Below, in pieces: positions 13,946 through 27,187 of a stretch of DNA of 64,000 nt. The notes below the pieces were generated by a model that was not told the origin of the DNA, did not search any database, and saw only the letters and a list, made by a program, of their open reading frames with translations. The translations under genes and the position numbers were made by a program. This DNA comes from Macrostomum lignano (lineage: Eukaryota). The stretch lies in the NCBI GenBank assembly GCA_002269645.1, contig NIVC01000149.1, positions 186,001-250,000 of the forward strand. Reading direction: 5' to 3'. Position 1 is the first letter of the stretch. Each line of letters begins with the position of its first letter.

Positions 13946-16523
13946 AATGTCACAGGTGTGCATCTGATTAACCAGCATCAGCACGCACATATTCCAAGCG
14001 AGCAAGATTGCTGTCTATGTCTACCTGTGTGCAGCACAGCACAAACTGTGCTAGCCGCAACGCAGCCCCGTCTGTCTGCCTACTCGCCTGTCTGTCAGGT
14101 GATTTGTTGTTTCACTTTTTAATCCTTCATTCCCGCGGGTTGCTGAAATAATTCTGCCCGGCAACTCGCAGCCCGGTCGGAGCAGCCGCCCGCCCCCACT
14201 CCGGCGCAATCGCCCGCTGCCTGTCAAAACTGCTGGGCTCGCGTCTTCCTCTGCAGACCTGCCGACTGCAGCGGCCAGCGCCCGCCAGCTTTCCTTCTCT
14301 CTGTCTGTCTGTCTGTCTGTCAATTTGTTGACAGCTAATTCGTTCTCCCCACCCCATTGCCCCAGCAGCAGTGGCCTGCCAGTCCAGTCAAGTCCTGTCA
14401 ATCGAGAGCCTGAGGCGCAGGCAGTGTGCTTGCTGGAACAATTATTGTAACTTGCGCCTCTGTAACTCTGTATGCTTGCCCAGCACTGAACTCCCCCCCA
14501 CTGCTGCCACTGCTGTATTGTATTCTATTATAGTATTTCCCACCGCTGTCACCCTCACTGGGGTGGCATGGAAGCAACGAGATTTTTTCTAAGCATATCA
14601 GAGAATCAAGTCTTCTTAGTTGTGATCTTCGGCTGGCACGACTTCTGCCGGCTTGCTGGAGCTGCTGGATTATTGAGCAGCGAACCGAGTTGAGTATAGG
14701 AAAGCCAGGATTTCCTTGAAGATGCGCATAGACAGGGGATGAGATGCTGCTGTATGATGAGGCTCTTGCAGCATCTTCTTTTCCCCTGCTCTCCCAGTCT
14801 CCCGCGCCCCTCCCCAATCCGCTATCGCACTGACTCACTTCAAACTGACAAGGGCGGACAGACCTGAGAGGACTGGGGGAGAGGCGGATAGGAAAATAAT
14901 AATTCAAAGGGATCTGGGATTAGCTAACGGCTCGATTAAGCCGACTGGGGAATGGGAGGTGAGGCGGCAGTTTGACGTCTCAGCTGCTCCGCCCCGAGTT
15001 CAAGTCTCTCTGGGGTGGGGAGCGGGTGCTCAGCTGACTGGGGGGTGAGAAAACTTCATCCTGCCAGCTCCCCCCCCAGCAGTAGGACTTTGATGGGGAC
15101 GGACAGACTCCGCCTCGTAGGGGCTCGGGTCAGTTGGGCCAGACTGCCAGCCATGACGGCTCTCACGGGGACGGCAGCATTGAGGGCTGGCTTGGCTGGC
15201 AGTGAGGACTCTCTCCCTTCTCCCTTTTGCCAGTTCAATCACCTCGGCTCGCTGGGCGAACTGAAGGGGAAAATAGACGGGAATGAGTAAAGAAGGGAGC
15301 CGCTGTGCGCGAGTCCCAGTGCCAGACCCCTGCGTGCTCGGCCTGTATTTCACCTTAGCCTGCCGCTGCAGTGTCGCGGACCGGGCTGAATCTGAAGTCG
15401 GGGAGGGGAGAGCAATGGAGAGATGGGGCGGCACGGCCGGTCAGTTTGGGATTTGAGCAGGCGCTCATCCTCCCCCAGAGTCCAGTCGCAATTTCTCCTC
15501 TATACCCTGACCAGTCAGTCGCCCTTGACGGCAGGGATGTGAGAGCTGCCGAGGCGGTGGGGCAGTGGCAGGCCGAGCTGACTTTGACGCATGTACAAAA
15601 CTGCGCACAGCTCGCCCTCCCACTCTCTGCCCCCCCCCCTGGCTGTCTCTCGCTCTCTCCGCTCCGCCAACCGGTGGACGCCGGGCCCAGCCCCTGCCCT
15701 ATCGCTGCGTGCCGCCACCCCCATCGAGCCCTCGGGCCGTGGCTGCAAACTGGAGGGGTGAACGGTGACTGATTGACTTGACTCGCCCTCCACCCCTCCC
15801 CCACACACCTCCCACAGCCCCCCTCTCGCTCACCCTCCTTCTCTGCCTGCTTTTCATGCGCTGAAGACCCTCCCAGCTCGAGCCGCCTCGGTTCTCCTCC
15901 GCCGCCGCCGCCGCCTCCTCCATTCGCTTCTTTTCGCGATGAAACCGAGACACTGACTGATCGGAGCCCCGGGAGCTGCCAGCGGATTCTTTAATTATTG
16001 TCGAATTCGAATCAGCTGCCAGAAGCATTCGAAACACAGTTTGAGCCGGCCAGCCGCCGGGACGCAGCTGCTATTCGAACCCTCCGCACGCGGCGTCAGC
16101 GCTTCATCAAGCTTCATCAGCGACCATAAAAATATCCCCCTCCCTTCATCCAACCCACTCCGCTCCGTCTCTTCACCGTCAGTAAGACGAGACGCCCCCT
16201 CCCTGCTTGCCACATATCGCCTCTTCCTCTGATCCCAGCAGCTCCAAGCCGAAGAATGGCCCACCTGATCCCGCCGCCCCATCCATTCCTGCTAGCTTTT
16301 GAAGGCTGATAAACCTCTTCTCAGCGTCAAATCCTCCCGATTCTCACAGGCCCGCCTCTGCCTTTCTCCGAGCCGATACCCTAGAAAGCCGCTCGGATAA
16401 ATTTTCAACAAGAAGCTTTCACTCCCAAATCCCGGCTCCTCAAAACTTTTATCCTCTCCGTTTCCCTACTCGCTCTCCTCGCCCGGCGCGGGCCAGTCGG
16501 CACAAACAGCGACAGCAGCCGGC

Positions 16524-17033
16524 ATGGGAATATTTCCTCAGATCGCCCCGGCAGAGGTCCTCGTGCTCAGCTGTCCGCTCTGCCACTTCGTCACGCACCA
16601 CGTGGACAAGCTGGAGGCGCACTTCACCGCCAAGCACCAGCACCAGCACCTGAACGGCGACGCAGCGCGCGAGCCGGCGGAGGCAGCCGACGCCGACGCT
16701 GACGGCTCCCGGTTCAACCTGCTCCGCTGCTCTGTCTGCGCCAAGGTCAGCAACTCGGCGGCCTTCATGTCCGAGCACTTGGCCATCGCGCATCCTGGCG
16801 AGTCCGGCTCGAGTACGGGTGTTGAGACCGTTTTCCGCGGCCTGCTCAAGCCGACCGCCGTTGCCACCAGCGCCACCGGAGACGCAGCCGGGGCTTCGCC
16901 GTCCCGCCGGTGCCTGTTCTGCCCGTTCCGAGCGGCCAGCGTTGCGGAGCTGAGGCGGCACTTCGAGTACCACGGCCTGCGCAACGTGGCGGGCCTGAGC
17001 TGCGCCGAGGCCGATGGGACCGCCGCACCACTG
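16524..17033 (+). CDS. Coding exon with three dispersed C2H2 zinc fingers; probably the first exon of a transcription factor, possibly the TALE gene at 24213-25769
   Basis: Cx2Cx12Hx4H (CPLC..HFTAKH), Cx2Cx12Hx4H (CSVC..HLAIAH), Cx2Cx12Hx3H (CLFC..HFEYH). High GC3; ATG in GGCATGG context; phase-0 donor CTG|GTGAGT after 17033. Confidence 0.85.
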
Positions 17034-17084
17034 GTGAGTCCGGCATTCCTGTCATTGAGTTCAGCTGCTTTCTGGCCATTCTGG

Positions 17085-17712
17085 TTATAGAATCTAGTCT
17101 CATTCGTCTCATTCTGGTCATAGAAACTAGTCTCATTTACATCTCATTCTGGTCATAGAAACTAGTCTCATTCGTCTCATTCTGATCATAGAATCTAGTC
17201 TCATTTACTCTCATTCTAATCACAGGATCTAGTCTCATTCCTAGTCGGAATTTTCATTTTGACCATAGAATTTTGTGTCATTCTGGACATAGAGCTCACT
17301 CTTATTCTGGTCATAGAGCTCACTCTTATTCTGGTCATAGAGCTCACTCTTATTCTGGTCATAGGGCTCACTCTTATTCTGGTCATAGAGCTCACTCTTA
17401 TTCTGGTCATAGAGCTCACTCTTATTCCGGTCATAGAGCTCACTCTTATTCCGGTCATAGAGCTCACTCTTATTCCGGTCATAGAGCTCACTCTTATTCC
17501 GGTCATAGAGCTCACTCTTATTCCGGTCATAGAACTCACTCTTATTCCGGTCATAGAGCTCACTCTTATTCTGGATATAGCTCACTCTTATTCCGGTCAT
17601 AGAGCTCACTCTTACTCTGGACATAGAGCTCACTCTTATTCCGGTCATAGAACTAACTCTTTTTCTAGTCATAGAACTCACTCTTATTCTGGTCATAGAA
17701 TCTAGCGTCATT
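17085..17712. repeat. 24-bp intronic minisatellite (TTCTGGTCATAGAGCTCACTCTTA) with degenerate flanking copies
   Basis: Homogeneous core with diverged units on both sides. Confidence 0.92.
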
Positions 17713-18606
17713 CTGGTTTTGGCCTCTGTCTGGTCTAAATCGAAAGAAACTAGAAATTAGACATCAACACTTGAGCAGCTCGATAGTGTAGCAAATGACA
17801 CACTGGCTCAGTCAAATTCCTTCACTACGAGCTAAACTCATTAAAAGTTTGCTAATAGGGAAACTCTGGAAAAACAAAATGAAGGCTTGAGTAAGCTTCG
17901 AGACATTGCTGAATTCACTCAAGTTGCTGGCCCGGGGGACACTACGGGGGGCACCGGGACCGCCTGAACTGAAAACCGGAGACTCCCGAGCTGCTCGAAG
18001 GCCTCGGTAAAGAAATATTCCGCCTCTCTCTGTGAGAGGATCGGCATTTCCCAGGAAAATGAAAAAAAGTTTTTTTCTGAATTCATGGCTCGATTGCTTG
18101 GCGAGGCTGCCCCCCCCCCCAGTAGGCTGGCATTGCTACATTTTAATCGAGGGGGGCGGGCGGCGGCTGAACCGCTCTTTGAAGGGGTCGCCAAGCGGGT
18201 TGTGCTTGCTGCTAGCGAACCGAATTCTACAGAGCATTCCTCGGCCCCGTAGACTCGGCGTTCAGAGAGATATTTGCCAAGGCTGGGCTGCTTTGCTACA
18301 TCACGGGGTCCTCTCTCAAAAATGATTAGCATTGCGGGTGCCTGACTGCCTGCCATTTGACTGCCACTACTGCAGAGAAAACACAAGAACCAGTCTAGAA
18401 TCAGGCCTGCGTTTACGAGTTCAAATATAGACATTGTCACTTAGCTCTCCAGTCTCTTATAGCACAGAGGCGCAGGCTCTCAACCAGTCTTTGTTTCACT
18501 TACCAGCGCTTCAAAGGCCCATGCAAGCCTGCATGTCGTTTTCGAATCCGATACAGTCCAGAGTTTTTTCAGTTTACGGTCGTGCTGTTTCTGACCTGGA
18601 TTTCCG

Positions 18607-18611
<5 letters not shown>

Positions 18612-18690
<79 letters not shown>
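18612..18690. repeat. (CT)n microsatellite
   Basis: About 40 CT units. Confidence 0.97.
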
Positions 18691-18695
<5 letters not shown>

Positions 18696-18984
18696 ATTCG
18701 ATTCATTCGCGTCAAAAGTTTTTATGACCATGCCATGCAGAGTAGAAATAGTATTGGAATATTAGTTCAGGCTCGAGACAGTCGCTGGCAGGACCTGCCT
18801 GCATGGGGTGGGCCCGCGGCTTCGGCACGAATTTCCGCTGCCTGCTGGCGAGCAGCATGCGGGACTGCCTGTCTGTCTGGCCCGGCTGCAGCCTGTGGGT
18901 GGTCCGCCTTCCACTTCTCCTGCTTTCTGATCTCCTCAGTTGGACTGGCAAAAGTGTCAATGATGCTGACAATTGCTTCGAGCC

Positions 18985-19320
18985 GGCATCCTGCCACTTG
19001 ACTGCCACTACTTGACTGCCACTATTTGACTGCCTGCCATTTGACTGCCAGCCATTTGACTGCCACTATTTGGCTGCCTGCCGTTTGACTGCCACTATTT
19101 GACTGCCTGCCATTTGACTGCCACTATTTGACTGCCACTATTTGACTGCCACTATTTGACTGCCACTATTTGACTGCCTGCCATTTGACTGCCACTCTGC
19201 CACCACTTGACTGCCTGCCACTTGACTGCCACTATTTGACTGCCTGCCATTTGACTGCCACTATTTGACTGCCACTATTTGACTGCCTGCCATTTGACTG
19301 CCACTATTTGACTGCCACTA
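18985..19320. repeat. 14/15-bp minisatellite (ATTTGACTGCCACT / ATTTGACTGCCTGCC)
   Basis: Two interleaved unit variants; an isolated seed-like copy sits near 18340-18370. Confidence 0.9.
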
Positions 19321-20224
19321 AGGGTCAGCAGAAAATTTGTGACAGTCAGATGGCTCCCAGTCAAACGTCAGGTTCCTTGCTTTGGTTTGAGTTAAAAAAT
19401 CTGCGCCGGATTTTTGAGTGAAAATCCCTGCCTAAGGGATTAGGATGGACTATGGGAGATTTGAGAAGCTGAAAATTAACGAGCTGGAACTCGGTGAAGC
19501 TGGGGACACGCGATGACGTGATGCAATTTCCAAGACTCATACAGCGTCTGTTCCATTGCTTCCGCTCTGCTCCCTTCCCCTTTGAGGATCGAAGATCCAA
19601 CGATTCTTAGAAAAGGAATCCTTCAGTATCAATGTCCCCTGGAGCAGATCAGTTCGGCGATCGGGGTCCCGATCCCGTCTGTGAGCTGTGGTCGGAGCGG
19701 CACCATGAGATCACACAATGGTACTCGACCACGCGATTAGGAAGGGAAGATGCGGAGCGCGGGGGACGGCCAGGCTCTGCAGCCGAGCTAATGACATGGG
19801 CCAGTAAAACATAGGAAATGCAAACACAAACAGGGCATAAATTTTGCAACTGACTTTATACCAGGGGGTCTGCGCAGCGACATCGGTGAGAAAGTTCCCC
19901 CCAGGTCGCGCTTTTTTGACATTACAAGCCACGGTTGAAGCGTTATTAACATTGAAGCTGGCAGAGACATGCAAAGGTAGTTCGGCATGCGGACCGGCAC
20001 TAAGGTGGGGCCCAATGGGTCGCTGACTCCAAGGGCCACAGAGCCAAGATGAAAATTGCGCAGAAGATTGCCGAGCAGCAGAGAGAGAGAGGGGGGGACG
20101 GCCCGAATTCTAAGGTAGAAACCACACAGGGCATGTGGCACCCTGAGTGTTAAGTGTTGGCATGAGTGCGGACTGCAGTCAGGTAGGTTTGCGTAATTGC
20201 GCAGTGTCAACCGCTTTTGCCTTT

Positions 20225-20608
20225 ATCTTTGGATTGGGCGTTCCGGCTTCTGTCAGGACTGTCTCAGGAGCTCCTCAGCTGCATGTGACCGTGTCCTTCA
20301 GGCTTCTGTCAGGACTGTCTCAGGAGCTCCTCAGCTGCATGTGACCGTGTCCTTCAGGCTTCTGTCAGGACTGTCTCAGGAGCTCCTCAGCTGCATGTGA
20401 CCGTGTCCTTCAGGCTTCTGTCAGGACTGTCTCAGGAGCTCCTCAGCTGCTGTCCTTCAAGCTTCTGTCAGGACTGTCTCAGGAGCTCCTCAGCTGCATG
20501 TGACCGTGTCCGCCAGGCTTCTGTCAGGACTGTCTCAGGAGCTCCTCAGCTACACCTGACCGTGTCCTTCAGGCTTCTGTCAGGACTGGCTCAGGAGCTC
20601 CTCAGCTG
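20225..20608. repeat. 56-bp minisatellite (GGCTTCTGTCAGGACTGTCTCAGGAGCTCCTCAGCTGCATGTGACCGTGTCCTTCA), about 6-7 copies
   Basis: Tandem units; one has an internal deletion. Confidence 0.92.
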
Positions 20609-20815
20609 TTCCGTCTTGATTCCATCTTATTCTTTGACTCTTTCCTGCTGGCTCCCCCTCATCAACCACCTTCGCTCTCACCAAGTCTTCCCTGTTTCTT
20701 TCTCTACATCTTTATTTTCATTCTCCCTCCCTGTTTACTTCCTTTCCGTTGCTCCCACCTTCAATCTGTTGCACAGCCTTCCCCCCATTCTCGCCTGCAA
20801 TTTTCTATTCCCAAG

Positions 20816-20943
20816 ACGACATGCTGGAGGTCCAGTCTGAGCTGCAGGAAGCGGGGGGCCCGGCACCCTCTACTCGGTCAAGCAGCCGACGGAGCAACAA
20901 GCTAAAATATATTTTTGCTATTCCAACCGGAAGTTCGGCTTGA
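20816..20943 (+). CDS. Possible short exon (DDMLEVQSELQEAGGPAPSTRSS...) within the zinc-finger/TALE locus
   Basis: Long pyrimidine tract ending CCCAAG|, then GC3-rich codons. No strong donor found; 3' boundary uncertain. Confidence 0.25.
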
Positions 20944-22989
20944 TACCCGTGTGAAAATTTCTGGGACAGGAAAAGCCCAGCGCGACTGCCATGAGTCTTC
21001 TTCTTCTTCTTCTCTCGCTCTCGCTCTTCTCCCCCGACGCTGGGGCATAAAAGGCGGGCCTCAAACTCGCATTTGCTGCAATGCTTTTAAGCCTGCCAGC
21101 TCATCGCGTCTTTTGTGGATGCCAGCCAGTTACTCTGTGTATTATCCAACCTCTGCAGTGCCATCAGGCTGGGGGCATTTTAAACCCGCCTGGCATGGAG
21201 AGCAGATTCAGGTTTTATACAAAAGACGAACTGGCAGTGGGTATTTACCCTGACAACAAGACGCAGCCTCCCCCCCCGTCTGGCACAGCCGGCCTGCCGT
21301 GCATCCGATATCAATAATTGGCACAGGCTAGGCAAAGATGCAGCTATTAGTTGGAAACTGGCTTACAGGATCAGGTTGAGATTCGGATACCTTTTTAGTC
21401 GTTTTGGGAAGAAATAGAGAGAGAGCGCGAGAGACAGAAAGAGGATTTCTGCTTCTTAGCCGGCGATTCCGCGGAAGCAGCAGAACGGAGCCTTGGGATG
21501 ACAGCGGGGATGGCTGTCAGCTGAGCCAAGGCCTGGGCGCCGGGCCTAAAAGGCAGGATTTTTCTAAAAAATGAAAGGATCTCTGCATGGGGAGAAGCGG
21601 CTGCGTGACAGTGACAGCTGGCCTCCACCCCCCCCCCCCACGGCCTCCCAAATTCACCGTAGCGGGGGGGAGGCTGCAGCGGCAGCAGGCAGCATGCTGC
21701 AGGCTGGGCTCACCTCGGACTTCCCAAAGCACTAACTCTCTCTCTCTCTCCTCCCCAGCCCCAGCGGCCTCAACCTCTTGCCGATTGCCTTTCTCAAGCG
21801 GCTCCTACTCTCTTCTGGATTCTCCCTGCCAGGTCTCTGTCTGAGAATGGATGCACCTGATGTCACCTGACCGCGAATTCAATGCCACCTCGTCAGCTCC
21901 CTTCGATAGGTCTCTCAACTGCCAAGAAAGCTGGGCTCTCTGTGGAACCATCTCTGCGGAAGATCTTCTCCTAGAAGCAAGGCAATAGGGGACACCCCAC
22001 TCCCACTCAGCCGTCTATGCCGCCGCCGACTCCCCAGGGGGGGGGGCGCCCCGCCGAGCTGGGAGTCAGCAGTTAAGAGAAACATTAGGATGGAACACGG
22101 GAGGAGCTAAGGAGCTGGGACAAATGAGGGACAGGAGCAGAATGGGGCTGCGTGCTGGGCAGGGAGGGGCGACAGAAGGGGCTGAGGGCGAGGAACCCAA
22201 ATGGCTCCCGGTTTGACAGATGACACTGACAGATAAGAGAAAAGGCGGCTTTGAATTCTCCAGCCTTGCAGTGCCCCAGGTTTGGGTGGTGGGGGCGGGG
22301 AGACGGCTCTCGGGCTCGCGTGCTGCCCCCCCCCCGTGTCCCGTCGCTCTTTGACATGCCAGCTGTCGGGCTACAACTGTCACCCCAGCCTGCCCTGCCG
22401 AGCCGCACACTTAGGGCCGAGACCCCCGGGGGGTCGCCTCTCGCTTCAGCGACATCCATTTCTACTGATCTATCAGGCCTTCTGCGGCCCCGTCGCTAAC
22501 AAGCCGCGTTCCCCGCCAGACCGGCTCTCCCCTCCTCTCTCTTGGCCGGTTATCACTTTAATCGCATAAATAAATCCCCCAGCTAAAGAGGCGCTTGGAA
22601 CCCTCCAATTTTCCCATTGGGCGGCTGGGCGAAATCTTGTTGACACTTGGCCCCTTATCCTCGGCTGAAATCGCTGCTAACAGTGGGTGGGGGAGCATCC
22701 GGCAGACAGCTTTCGGATGTCCGTCTTTGCAGGGCTGCATGGCAGCAAGGCTTTGGGGCTGAGGCCGGGACTGCTTGACAGGGGCACCTGGTGCACTGCG
22801 ACAGCTACTTCTAATCCTGCCTGTCTCTTCCAACTTCAATGCCCTTTGACATGCTGACTGTCTGTCGCTGTTTTTCTGTTTCTACTTTAGCCCTGCTGCT
22901 ACTGCCCTTGCTGTGGCATTCAGCCTAAGCCGGCAAACCCCGGCCTTTGGGTGCTTTCATAATAGCAATCCGGCCTGCTCAAGGCTCGT

Positions 22990-23310
22990 GTCTCCTCTCA
23001 GCTCTATTCTCTTCTCACTTCTGTTCTCTTCTCCTCTCTCATCTTTTCTCTTTTCTTTCTTTTCTTCTCTTCTCTATTCTCTTCTCTTCTCTTAACCGTT
23101 CTCTCCACTTTCTTCCATCTACTCTTCTCTTCTCTTCTCTCCTCTTTTCTCTTCTCTTCTTTCTTCTCTCCTCTTGTCTCTCCTCTTGTCTCTTGTCTCT
23201 TCTCTATCTTCTCTCTCTTCTCACCTCTTTTCTATCTTCACCTCTCTCCTCTTTTTCCCTTCTCTTCTCCTCTCCTTTCTTTTCTCCCATCCATCCTCTC
23301 ACCTCCTCTC
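22990..23310. repeat. Polypyrimidine low-complexity tract (TTCTC/CTCTT)
   Basis: Almost purine-free on the + strand. Confidence 0.9.
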
Positions 23311-23734
23311 GACATTAATTAAGAGTAGCCTTGTTGGAAAGCTTTCTGGCTTCCGGATTACTTTTTCGTTGCTGCTTCTGGGCAATTTCACAATTCTGCT
23401 TTTCTACTCGGACCTGTTTTTAAGCGCATCGCAGCCGCACTAAAAGAGAACTTTCCCACCGTCGAGCAGAGCAGAAGCAGCAAGTTGATCTGTTTTCTGT
23501 CAACAAGCAGAACTGGGGCGCGAAAGACCGCCAGGCCTGATGGACAGATGTTTACTGGGGATAACCAGGAGGGCCCTGGGTCAGCTGGATCGGATCAGCT
23601 GCCTCACTTTGCCAGTTTCTCTGTGGTTTGAATGCATCTAGATTTTCTTCGAAACACAGAAGCAAACTGGAATATAGTTAGTATTAGTGTCCGTCTGTCT
23701 CACCGTCCGTCTATCCGTCTGTACGAGTGTATAT

Positions 23735-24180
<446 letters not shown>

Positions 24181-24212
24181 TGCAAGAATCTCCAACCGAT
24201 TGGCATTCGCAG

Positions 24213-25769
24213 ACGAGCCGCAACGGCCTGGCCGATGAGGCGGCAGCTTCAGAAGACGAGGAAGCAGCCGGCAACGCGTCTGCCGCATCCGCTGCTGCGG
24301 CTGCCAACAAGTCGCCTGAATCCCCGGTGAACTTGGACACAAAGTCGGCACCGGCAAGGCGCAAGCGACCTGCGAACGAGTCGCCCGCCAGGCAGCCGCA
24401 CAAGCAGCAACTGCAGAAACTGCAGCAGCAGCAGCAGCAGCAGAAGCGGCGTCACCTGCCGCAGCCGCTGCCCCTGACGCCCCCGCCGCGGCCAGCGCTG
24501 CCTCTGCAGTCACCGACGCCGATCTCCTCAACTGAGCGCGTCACCAACGGCGGCGGCTCCGCGCCCAACGTCAAGGTCGAGGAGCTCGCCGCGGTCAATT
24601 CCGGTGATGAAGTCGATGAAGAAGACTTGGAGGAGCTGGAGGAGGAGCTCGACGAGGGGCCCGACGCGCTGAACAACCACTCCGGCTCCGAGGACACCAC
24701 CGAGTCGGCCGGCGGCTCCGACGGCTTTCTGTCCTACGCAGCCGCCGCCGCCGCCGCAGCCTCCTACCCGGGCTTCCCGTTCTTCAGCGGCGCCCTCGGC
24801 CCGATGGCGCTGCACCACTCGTTTGCCGCCTTCGCTGGCCAGGCGGCCGCTCCGCTGTTCTTGCCGCCGCCGCCGCCGCCTCCGCCGCCCCCGCAGACTA
24901 CAGGCAGCGCCACCACCACCAGCAGTCTGGAGCTGCTACGCAAGAGTTTCCAGCCGTCCAAGTCCAGCGCATTCCAAACTCCGTCGCATCCCTCCCAGCT
25001 GCCTCAGCCGCTCACGCAGTCGGCCTCATCCTCCTCGTCGGCAACCTCCGTCGTGGCCTCCGGTGAAGTGGCTGACGCAGCAGTCAGGGAAGCCCAGCCG
25101 GCAACAGACAGTCCCGGCTCCGATGCCGGCGTGGAAAATCAGCATCAGGCGCAGCTTCTCCAGCAGCGACATCGTCTGCAGCACGGATCCGGCGTGTCCG
25201 CGGCTGCCGCTTCGCCGTCCTCCGCAGTTCTCGGCTCTTCGCCTTGCAGCGGCGGCGGCGGTGGCGGAGGCGGCAGCGTCGGTTCTCTGCGCCTTGACTG
25301 GTGCTCCATCAAGCGGGGCTCGCGGCCCAACCTGCCCTACTCGGCGCGCAGGAAGCTGTTCCACTGGCTGGCCACGCACCTGCACCAGCCCTACCCGTCC
25401 GAGGAGCAGAAGGAGGCCCTGGCTAGGGACACCCAGCTGACCAAGACCACCGTGAACAACTGGTTCATCAATGCCCGACGCCGCTACGTGAAGCCGCTGC
25501 AGGAAGGCCGCACGGTGCCCGGATTTGATCTCTACCGGGTCGCCGGGCTGCGGTCTCCGGAGCCGCCCTGCTCTGTCGACAGCAGCGGCGGCGTCATCGG
25601 CGTTGGCGGCGTCGGCTCGACTTCGCCCGACTCCGCGGCCATCTCCGTGTCGTCTCCCCCGCCGCCGACGCAGCAGCCGCCGCTGCCAGCACCGCCGCCG
25701 CAACAGCAGCAGCCGCAGCTTCCTACGGTGATGCCGCTGAGCGAGAAGCTGGAACCGAGCACGCCCTGA
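24213..25769 (+). CDS. Terminal exon of a divergent TALE-class homeobox gene (Meis/Prep/TGIF-related homeodomain at about 25314-25500)
   Basis: [61 protein letters not shown] has the TALE loop [10 protein letters not shown] and WFINARRR (I50). Flanked by poly-Q/P/A/E tracts. Acceptor is either TTCGCAG|24213 (phase 0) or TTGCAAG|24187 (phase 1). Confidence 0.93.
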   Translation, partial: TSRNGLADEAAASEDEEAAGNASAASAAAAANKSPESPVNLDTKSAPARRKRPANESPARQPHKQQLQKLQQQQQQQKRRHLPQPLPLTPPPRPALPLQSPTPISSTERVTNGGGSAPNVKVEELAAVNSGDEVDEEDLEELEEELDEGPDALNNHSGSEDTTESAGGSDGFLSYAAAAAAAASYPGFPFFSGALGPMALHHSFAAFAGQAAAPLFLPPPPPPPPPPQTTGSATTTSSLELLRKSFQPSKSSAFQTPSHPSQLPQPLTQSASSSSSATSVVASGEVADAAVREAQPATDSPGSDAGVENQHQAQLLQQRHRLQHGSGVSAAAASPSSAVLGSSPCSGGGGGGGGSVGSLRLDWCSIKRGSRPNLPYSARRKLFHWLATHLHQPYPSEEQKEALARDTQLTKTTVNNWFINARRRYVKPLQEGRTVPGFDLYRVAGLRSPEPPCSVDSSGGVIGVGGVGSTSPDSAAISVSSPPPPTQQPPLPAPPPQQQQPQLPTVMPLSEKLEPSTP

Positions 25770-26934
25770 TGATGAGGAACTTTTTCTGAGCTCAAGCCTG
25801 CAGCGCGTCTGCTTCTTTGGTCAGAACGGTGGCTGTTTTGCTGGGTGAAATGAATTAATTCAAGTCAAAGCGGGAGATCATTATTTAACAGTCGCGCCAA
25901 AGTCTTCAATTAACCCCCATCCCCGATGGCTGCTTCTGAGGTTGCCAGAAACCCAGCAGCCCAGTCTCTCTGCCTCATCACTTTTCAATAAGGACTGCCA
26001 GGGCGGCAACCTGTAGCGCTCTCTGCAGCAATAACCTGTTGCATTTGGTTGGCTCTAAGGTGTACAGCAAATTCACTTAGGACCCAAATTGCTGTTGGAC
26101 ACCATCTTGACCCACGTTGACCTTGGCTGTCCAGACATTTGTCAGTCCGCTCCTCTCCTGAGCTCAAATCTGCAGTTTCTGCCACAGCTGAGTCGAAAGT
26201 AAATAAAGTATTCCAGTGCCGCAATAATTGCTGCTTTCGCGGCAGCAAAAATAATAGCAATTTTTCGGATTTCCCTTGTCAGTATTTGTCACGTTAGACC
26301 CGCCGCTTACTACTGCGACTAGTGTGCAATGCATTCTGCCTGCTCCCCCTTATCTATATCTCGCACTGCTCAGCTGTTTCAGAAATCATGAAAAAAATGT
26401 CAGAAAAACGCCTGAAGGCACCCAGTAACAAGCTGAATTTCTGCTTTCTCATTCTGTTTTTTTCCTCCTACTAATTGCGGCAATTTTCCTTCCGTAATTC
26501 CGCCGTTTGTTTCTGTTTATCGGTTCTGTTGACAACAAAAAATAAATATTTGAACGCGCGAGTTTCGTACATACTACTTACTAGCGCCAGGCTAGTAGCA
26601 ATAAACGTAAATAATTCTGAAAATTGACTTTAAAATATTTTTAACAAAAATGTAAGGAATCGGATGGGTAGCCACTGAAGGATAGCTGGAGCTAGCAGAG
26701 AGCACTGAGAGAACAGAGAGCAGTGAAGTACAATATTGGAGATGGTAATGGTAACTTCTAGTGGCCCTTGCTTCAAGAAACTTTTTTTTAGATGAGAGCG
26801 TTCAAGATAAATAGGAAATCACGAATCGTCCCAACTGTAGTTCCTGCAGCTCAGGTCAGGTGACAAGGCCGCCGATCAACTCAAATCAACTCGATCAGCT
26901 CATGCGCTACCTTCGAGCCACACGCAGTAAATTC

Positions 26935-27090
26935 AAAACCGAAGAACCCACCTGGACGGCACGGCAGCAACCCCCCGTCCATAGCGACGACGCGTCGGCC
27001 GTTCAGTAATTAGCGGAATGGGCGTCCGTGCCTTCCCGCTGTGTCCCCCCGGGACTGCCTTGTAAGTACAGTAAGTCAAGTAAGTCAAAG
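26935..27090 (+). mobile_element. Probable retroposon 3' end remnant with an AGTAAGTCA-type tail
   Basis: GCGGAATGGGC..TGCC motif resembles the SINE-like ends at 28075 and 58500; followed by a short repeated tail. Confidence 0.35.
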
Positions 27091-27187
27091 AGTCAACTGC
27101 AAGAGCAATGAGCATATTAGGCCCCAGCTACTAGCATATGCAACTTCAAGCTTGTGACTGTAAGTATTGAATAAGACAGATTTCTCC

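Noticed and set aside
14590-14800. Minus-strand RIFKEILAFLYS, reminiscent of a BTB-domain helix
   Set aside because: Short, closed by a stop, no splice context, no other BTB motifs.
17919-18440. 173-aa minus-strand ORF
   Set aside because: Starts in a repeat seed; no motif or codon bias.
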